From Acidobacteriota bacterium (lineage in GTDB: Bacteria; Acidobacteriota; UBA6911): a stretch of 64,000 nucleotides of DNA. Position 1 is the first letter of the stretch; every line of letters starts with the position of its first letter. Of this stretch, positions 59,565-64,000 are shown piece after piece. The notes beneath the pieces are model-generated. The model ran no database searches. It saw nothing but the letters and a program-made list of their open reading frames with translations, and was not told where the DNA came from. The position numbers and the translations under genes were made by a program. The DNA lies in the NCBI GenBank assembly GCA_963664705.1, contig OY761556.1, positions 5,568,001 through 5,632,000 on the forward strand, in the 5' to 3' direction.

Positions 59565-60344
59565 TCATTTCTCTGGCCAAGATATTTTAATGACATTGGA
59601 CTGCAAACCGCCGAATTCGAACTGACATTTGTGTTCTCCTGATGAGATATTTTCAGTGTAATCAAACGGAGAAAGAAAGAATGCCCAGGATTTTCCTGGC
59701 CTAAGGCCTGGAACCCCGTCCCATGAAACTCCATTTCTCTTATACCGCTGGCCGTCCAGATAGAAAACGGAGGTGAACAATAGATCTGGCATGCTAACGA
59801 CTTCTTTATTGTCATTTCTAAAGTGGCCAGCAATTTTTATGTCTTTGGCTGATATGGTTTTGAGAGGGATACTCTCGATTTCGAATGGAGAACTTACCAA
59901 TCGGCCTTGAGGAGCCTGGACCTGAAAATATACAATGTTGGATTTGATACTGCCATTAACTATCCATTCGGCTCGGTAATTCCCTTTTTTGAGCTTTTTT
60001 GAAAAAAATGTGAATGCAGAGTAAGTACCCATTCGACTCTTGACCTGGACGGGTCGCGATTCTGAAATGTAGAATGCGTTGTCCTGAGAAAAGATAACAT
60101 GTCCTTTGGGGTCTTCCACTTTAACATTCGAATTTGCCAGCTCCACATCTTCTTCATGTCTGTTAATAATCAAACCACCGAATCCGATTTCATCAGTAGT
60201 CCGATAGAGTTTAGAATCGGTTATAAGATATAAAATCGGCTGACCACTTTCATCTTGACCGCTTATAAATCCAGAACTGAGGATTGTCAATGCGATTGGA
60301 ATTGCGGACAGACAAGGAATGGCAAATATTAATCTGCGTATCAT
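59565..60344 (-). CDS. Secreted hypothetical protein, two Ig-like domains
   Basis: Signal peptide; repeated G.Y/H.......G...SN.V/I motif. Confidence 0.6.
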   Translation of the reverse strand: MIRRLIFAIPCLSAIPIALTILSSGFISGQDESGQPILYLITDSKLYRTTDEIGFGGLIINRHEEDVELANSNVKVEDPKGHVIFSQDNAFYISESRPVQVKSRMGTYSAFTFFSKKLKKGNYRAEWIVNGSIKSNIVYFQVQAPQGRLVSSPFEIESIPLKTISAKDIKIAGHFRNDNKEVVSMPDLLFTSVFYLDGQRYKRNGVSWDGVPGLRPGKSWAFFLSPFDYTENISSGEHKCQFEFGGLQSNVIKISWPEK

Positions 60345-60740
60345 CGGGCACCTTCAGTTGTAGGCTATTGGATATATGCTCCTGGTAATTATACTCTGAT
60401 CATTGAGCATACTAACTCCCGAATTATTTGATGCTGTTTGTATCAGAATTTCGTGGATATAGCCCCCAAGTCCCAAGATACGGCCATCCTGGAATGTCAC
60501 CGAACACTGAAAAGCGGCCAGGAAAGAACACTTGAAAACCGGCCACTCCGATAGCGGAGAGTCAGTATCGAATAGATCCCCTCAAAGAATCAAGACAATC
60601 GAAAATTAAGCCAGCAGGGCCTGTGGGAAATGTGGGAAAGCCGCAGGCTTTTCCAAGTCTCCGTGGGAATCCGCGCTTTCCAGCGGATTTCCATGGAGAC
60701 GGCATTTTCCATAGGCCACAACGTGATGTCGACTGGACTT

Positions 60741-61493
60741 TCATGCGTCCTCCCCGGCAGCGCGACCAGCGCGTTGGTGAAGACGAAAACTCTTTCCCTG
60801 CATCTGAATGACTTCAGCATGAGCCAGGAAGCGGTCGAGAATGGCTGTGGCCGCCGGGATGTCGCCGAGGAACTGGCCCCAATCCTGAGTGGGCCGATTT
60901 GTTGTAATCAGCGTCGATGTTCTTTCGTGACGGCGCACGAAAATCTCCAATAAATCCTCCGCGCCACTGGGACCGAGCTTCTTCATGCCGAAGTCTTCGA
61001 GGATCAGAAGATCGACTCGCGTGAGTTGATCGACAAGCAAGCGCCGTTCGCCGGTGGCTTCCGCTTCCGCAAAATCCTGAGCCAGGTCGAAGACGCTCCG
61101 AACAAGGGCTCTATGCCCCGCACGAATGGCCCCGACGGCGATAGCGATTGCGATATGGGTTTTGCCGATGCCGGGCGGTCCAATCAGCAGGACGCCCTGA
61201 TGTGAGGCAATGAAGCGAGCTGTGGCCAAATCAACGAGCTTTGCGCGAGGAATCTTGGAGTTAAAAGAGAAATCAAAATCAGAAAGCTCCTTGATCTGGA
61301 CAATGCCGGCCTGTTTGAGACGGCGAGCGAAGAGGCGGTCCGAGCGCCGAGCAAGCTCGTCCGAGACGAGGAGTTCGAGAAACTCCATGTAATCCAGAGG
61401 GGCGCTACGGGCTTGTTCAAGGCGACCAGGCAGCGCTTGAACAATGCCGGAAAGACGGAGATGCCGGAGCTGTGACAGCAGTTGCGGGTTCAT
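60741..61493 (-). CDS. istB: IS21 helper ATPase
   Basis: GPPGIGKT, LLILED, ITTN and AILDR motifs. Confidence 0.95.
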   Translation of the reverse strand: MNPQLLSQLRHLRLSGIVQALPGRLEQARSAPLDYMEFLELLVSDELARRSDRLFARRLKQAGIVQIKELSDFDFSFNSKIPRAKLVDLATARFIASHQGVLLIGPPGIGKTHIAIAIAVGAIRAGHRALVRSVFDLAQDFAEAEATGERRLLVDQLTRVDLLILEDFGMKKLGPSGAEDLLEIFVRRHERTSTLITTNRPTQDWGQFLGDIPAATAILDRFLAHAEVIQMQGKSFRLHQRAGRAAGEDA

Positions 61494-63064
61494 AAAAAAT
61501 CCTCCAGGCGATAATCGGTTAAGGGACGAATGATGGGATGTTCGGAAAGAAGAGTTTGGACTGGCGATTTTGCCGCCTGTTGTTCAGTTAGCCGCTGCAG
61601 ATCCTTATAGCGAAACAATCGGTTGACGGTGGCCGTCCGGGCAGCCGCCAACACACGTTCGCGGGGATGCTGACGCGTCAAACCGAGGACGCCCTGAATC
61701 AGCCGTAGAGCCCGCACGCCTCGTTCTTCGATGGCTGCTTCGGCCCATTCGCGCAGTGCCGTTCCGACACGTTCGCAACGGGCGAGCAACTGGGCTGCAA
61801 AAGCCTTCTGCGAGGAAGGTGCCACCCCCGGTTCACCGGAACGGGGAGCAAACTGGCCCGGTCGCAAGCGTGTATAGACGGCGACTTGGGTTTCGTCGTG
61901 ATACAGGCGCACGAGGTTGCGATCCCAACGCACCCGGATCTTTTGTCCCAGAAGATGTAACGGTGCCGGATAAAAAGCTCCGTCGACTTCGACATGCCCA
62001 TCGGGGTGAATGGTGCGTTGCCCGGTGCGGAAGAAAGCAAACGGCTCTGTAGCGAGCGGTTGCAATGCTGCTTTCTCCGCCTCAAGAAAATGGGTAAAGA
62101 CCTGACGGCGGGTGGTGCCGTGAATCCGCAAGCGAGCGATGGTTCTATTCCAGCGCCGGAGATGCTCGTTCTGCTCGGCGAGGCTATTGAAGCGGCGACC
62201 TTTGAGAGCGTTATCTTTGACATAACCACCGCTGCGTTCCTGCTTGCCGTTCTCCTGGGGATTGCGCGGACGGGTAGGCAAAGGCGTGAAGCCCCAGTGC
62301 GTGGCAAAGGCTGCATAGATCACGTTAACGTCCGGATCATAGAGGCATGCCCGGACAACTGCTGCCTTCAGATTGTCATGCCTAATAACCTTCGGAACGC
62401 CGCCCAGATCGGTAAAGGCGTTTTCGTGCAGGCGAAGAAAGGTCTCGAGGCTTTGATCCCAGACAGCTTCTTCATAACCGTGCCGGGAGTGACACAAAGT
62501 CAAACGGAACACCCATGGACGTTTCCATTGACCGCTTGTCTCATCAAGCGTGGGAACTCCCTGGAAAAAATCAACCTGGCCTTCTTCACCAGGCGCGCTA
62601 TGAAATACCCCGACTGCGCGACGAGCCCGGGGCAGTTTCCGGATGAAACGTTTGACAGCTTCGTAGCTGTATCCGAATCCGTAGTCCTCGCCCAGATCCT
62701 GCCAGATGCGCTGAACAGACAAACCGGCGTCCAGCTTGGAGACGATCACATCGCGATAGCGGGCTGCCGAAGATCGTGGTGGGGGATCGGACCCGGCGAA
62801 CACTTTGGCCGGATTTGAATCCGAGCCGGCGGTCACTTTGGCCGGTTTTGGCGGATCGGATCCCTCAAACTCGTTGGTTTCAGTGACTGCAGGCTCCCCA
62901 GAGCCGGGGAACACTTTGGCCGCTTTTGCTTTCTGCAGGCGATCGTATCGGGAGATGGTTTCTCGCCGGACTCCCGTTTCAGCTTCTATGCGCCGGTATG
63001 TCCAACCGAGTTCAAGAAGAGCAGTAACTTGTTGCAGCTTTGGCGTTTTCAAGTAGTTCGGCAC
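61490..63064 (-). CDS. istA: IS21 DDE transposase
   Basis: PGEEGQVDF, GGVP....DNLK and P.ENGK.ER motifs. Confidence 0.95.
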   Translation of the reverse strand: MPNYLKTPKLQQVTALLELGWTYRRIEAETGVRRETISRYDRLQKAKAAKVFPGSGEPAVTETNEFEGSDPPKPAKVTAGSDSNPAKVFAGSDPPPRSSAARYRDVIVSKLDAGLSVQRIWQDLGEDYGFGYSYEAVKRFIRKLPRARRAVGVFHSAPGEEGQVDFFQGVPTLDETSGQWKRPWVFRLTLCHSRHGYEEAVWDQSLETFLRLHENAFTDLGGVPKVIRHDNLKAAVVRACLYDPDVNVIYAAFATHWGFTPLPTRPRNPQENGKQERSGGYVKDNALKGRRFNSLAEQNEHLRRWNRTIARLRIHGTTRRQVFTHFLEAEKAALQPLATEPFAFFRTGQRTIHPDGHVEVDGAFYPAPLHLLGQKIRVRWDRNLVRLYHDETQVAVYTRLRPGQFAPRSGEPGVAPSSQKAFAAQLLARCERVGTALREWAEAAIEERGVRALRLIQGVLGLTRQHPRERVLAAARTATVNRLFRYKDLQRLTEQQAAKSPVQTLLSEHPIIRPLTDYRLEDFL

Positions 63065-63232
63065 CTATATCCTCCGTCGTCGAAACGACAGAGAATAGCG
63101 GAAAGCCGCTACCTGGAGTGGCCGGTTTTCAAACGTTCGGTCGTGGCCGCTTTTGGGTGTTCGCTAACACCTGGAAATTGAGATCGACGTAGAATGTAGT
63201 ATTGTGGGTGGGATTGATCCTGAAAAACCCAA

Positions 63233-63784
63233 CTAATTCTTAGTCAGCAGCATTTTCCGATTGCGTGCATTCACACGAAAACGAAAAAGGAATGCGCCGA
63301 CAATAAATAGCGTGCAAAAAGGAATGCTGATAAGTGTTGTGTGCATGGCCTGCCTCAGCGACAGACCCCCAACCACCCAAATGCAGAATACAAAAACCAA
63401 GGCAATTGCTGAAGGAAATTCATGATCGTGAGAACGGGTTGCCACATGCCAGCCGATAAAAGCGGGGAGAATATAGCCCAAAATATGAAACAAAATATTT
63501 CCTAAATGAGTATGCTCTGCAAAATACAGTTTATTACAATACGCAAATAGGCATGCCATGACGAACAATTCCAAGAATCCTGAGAGGCCAAGCCATATCA
63601 TCCTAAGCCAATGAACCTGCAAATCGCGGCATATCAGGGATACAAAGATCCGCAACAATCCGCACCAAAACCAAAAAGGGCTTCTGTTCGAGGTTTCCTC
63701 CAGCAAATCGCCTATGATTGAGGCTGCGCGACTGGACGTAGTGATCGTTTCTAAGATTCGCTCGGCTATGGTTAGCTTAAGCAT
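63233..63784 (-). CDS. Membrane protein paired with PadR
   Basis: IIGDLLEE...WFW N-terminal motif; four TM segments; overlaps the padR stop. Confidence 0.7.
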   Translation of the reverse strand: MLKLTIAERILETITTSSRAASIIGDLLEETSNRSPFWFWCGLLRIFVSLICRDLQVHWLRMIWLGLSGFLELFVMACLFAYCNKLYFAEHTHLGNILFHILGYILPAFIGWHVATRSHDHEFPSAIALVFVFCIWVVGGLSLRQAMHTTLISIPFCTLFIVGAFLFRFRVNARNRKMLLTKN

Positions 63785-64000
63785 GTGAAACTCCCGGTAA
63801 TTTCAATCCTTTCAGTAATCGCTGAAAACTGCGCTGTGCGGCGGTAACGGCCTTTAAGCCTGTCGGGGTAACCATAAAATACCGTTTCGAGCGTCCGCCT
63901 CTCTGAGGTGTTGGATCTCCTGTTCGGGATTCGACTAGGCCTTTTTCCTCAAGTCGGTCTAGAGTGGTATATAGAGCGCCGGGAGCAGGTCTTCTGCCAG
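63777..64000 (-). CDS. PadR-family regulator, 5' end outside window
   Basis: Manual translation GALYTTLDRLEEKGLV.S..G.PTPQRGGRSKRYF.VT..G. Confidence 0.88.
   Translation of the reverse strand, partial: GRRPAPGALYTTLDRLEEKGLVESRTGDPTPQRGGRSKRYFMVTPTGLKAVTAAQRSFQRLLKGLKLPGVSHA

Larger units (their letters stand above)
60495..63169 (-). mobile_element. Complete IS21-family insertion sequence (2675 bp)
   Basis: TGTCACCGAACAC...AAAAGCGGCCA / TGGCCGCTTTT...GTGTTCGCTAACA ends with internal repeats; 7-bp target duplication CCTGGAA (60488-60494, 63170-63176). Confidence 0.95.
44071..63196. repeat. Array of 12 related 44-bp intergenic sites (putative cassette recombination sites)
   Basis: Consensus aattaccattTTGGCGTTATCTCCGCGA-[7 bp, often ending GAC]-WTCAkGGrA. 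Copies: 44071+, 45251+ (degenerate), 45974+ (degenerate), 46572-, 47662-, 48431-, 49378-, 50114+, 54451+, 58946+, 59481+, 60471/63177- (degenerate, IS-split). Confidence 0.85.

Noticed and set aside
44071-63196. Classical integron (attC array)
   Set aside because: Sites lack the RYYYAAC...GTTRRRY boundaries and long hairpin, occur in both orientations, and no IntI-like gene is visible.
44071-63196. CRISPR array or pdif/dif modules
   Set aside because: Repeats are separated by whole genes and no cas genes are present; there is no XerD-type TTATGTTAAAT arm, the spacer is 7 bp and orientation does not alternate.

Overview
Bacterial chromosomal window, most likely Acidobacteriota (inferred from a TIGR03435/DUF3738-like gene, an acidobacterial-type PadR and tandem efflux adaptors). 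It has three parts. (1) 1-16.3 kb is GC-rich backbone: sulfurtransferase, Tat-exported DUF362 protein, B12 radical SAM, serine hydrolase, three membrane-fusion proteins plus a MacB-type permease, TatD, SNF2 helicase and AraC, ending at tRNA-Ala(GGC). (2) About 16.3-44 kb is a tRNA-anchored defence/accessory island. It holds att and arm-site remnants, an anti-phage dCTP deaminase, a type I R-M system and two convergent Ubl-E2-JAB/E1 (Bub-like) operons. One operon ends in an Ig-like+TIR gene; the other ends in DUF6527 and is probably controlled by an XRE-HTH/ImmA pair. The island also has an SF1 helicase-PLD fusion, several nuclease-like orphans and pseudogene debris. (3) 44-64 kb is an apparent gene-cassette array. 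A 44-bp sequence with a partly palindromic core and 7-bp central spacer recurs 12 times (9 clear copies, 3 degenerate), almost always once between consecutive unrelated genes. Two of these sites are occupied by apparently identical 3.4-kb elements encoding two tyrosine recombinases, and a third is split by an IS21. This integron-like, non-attC cassette system is the strongest candidate for an undescribed system. All family assignments come from motif recognition by eye; no database search was run.
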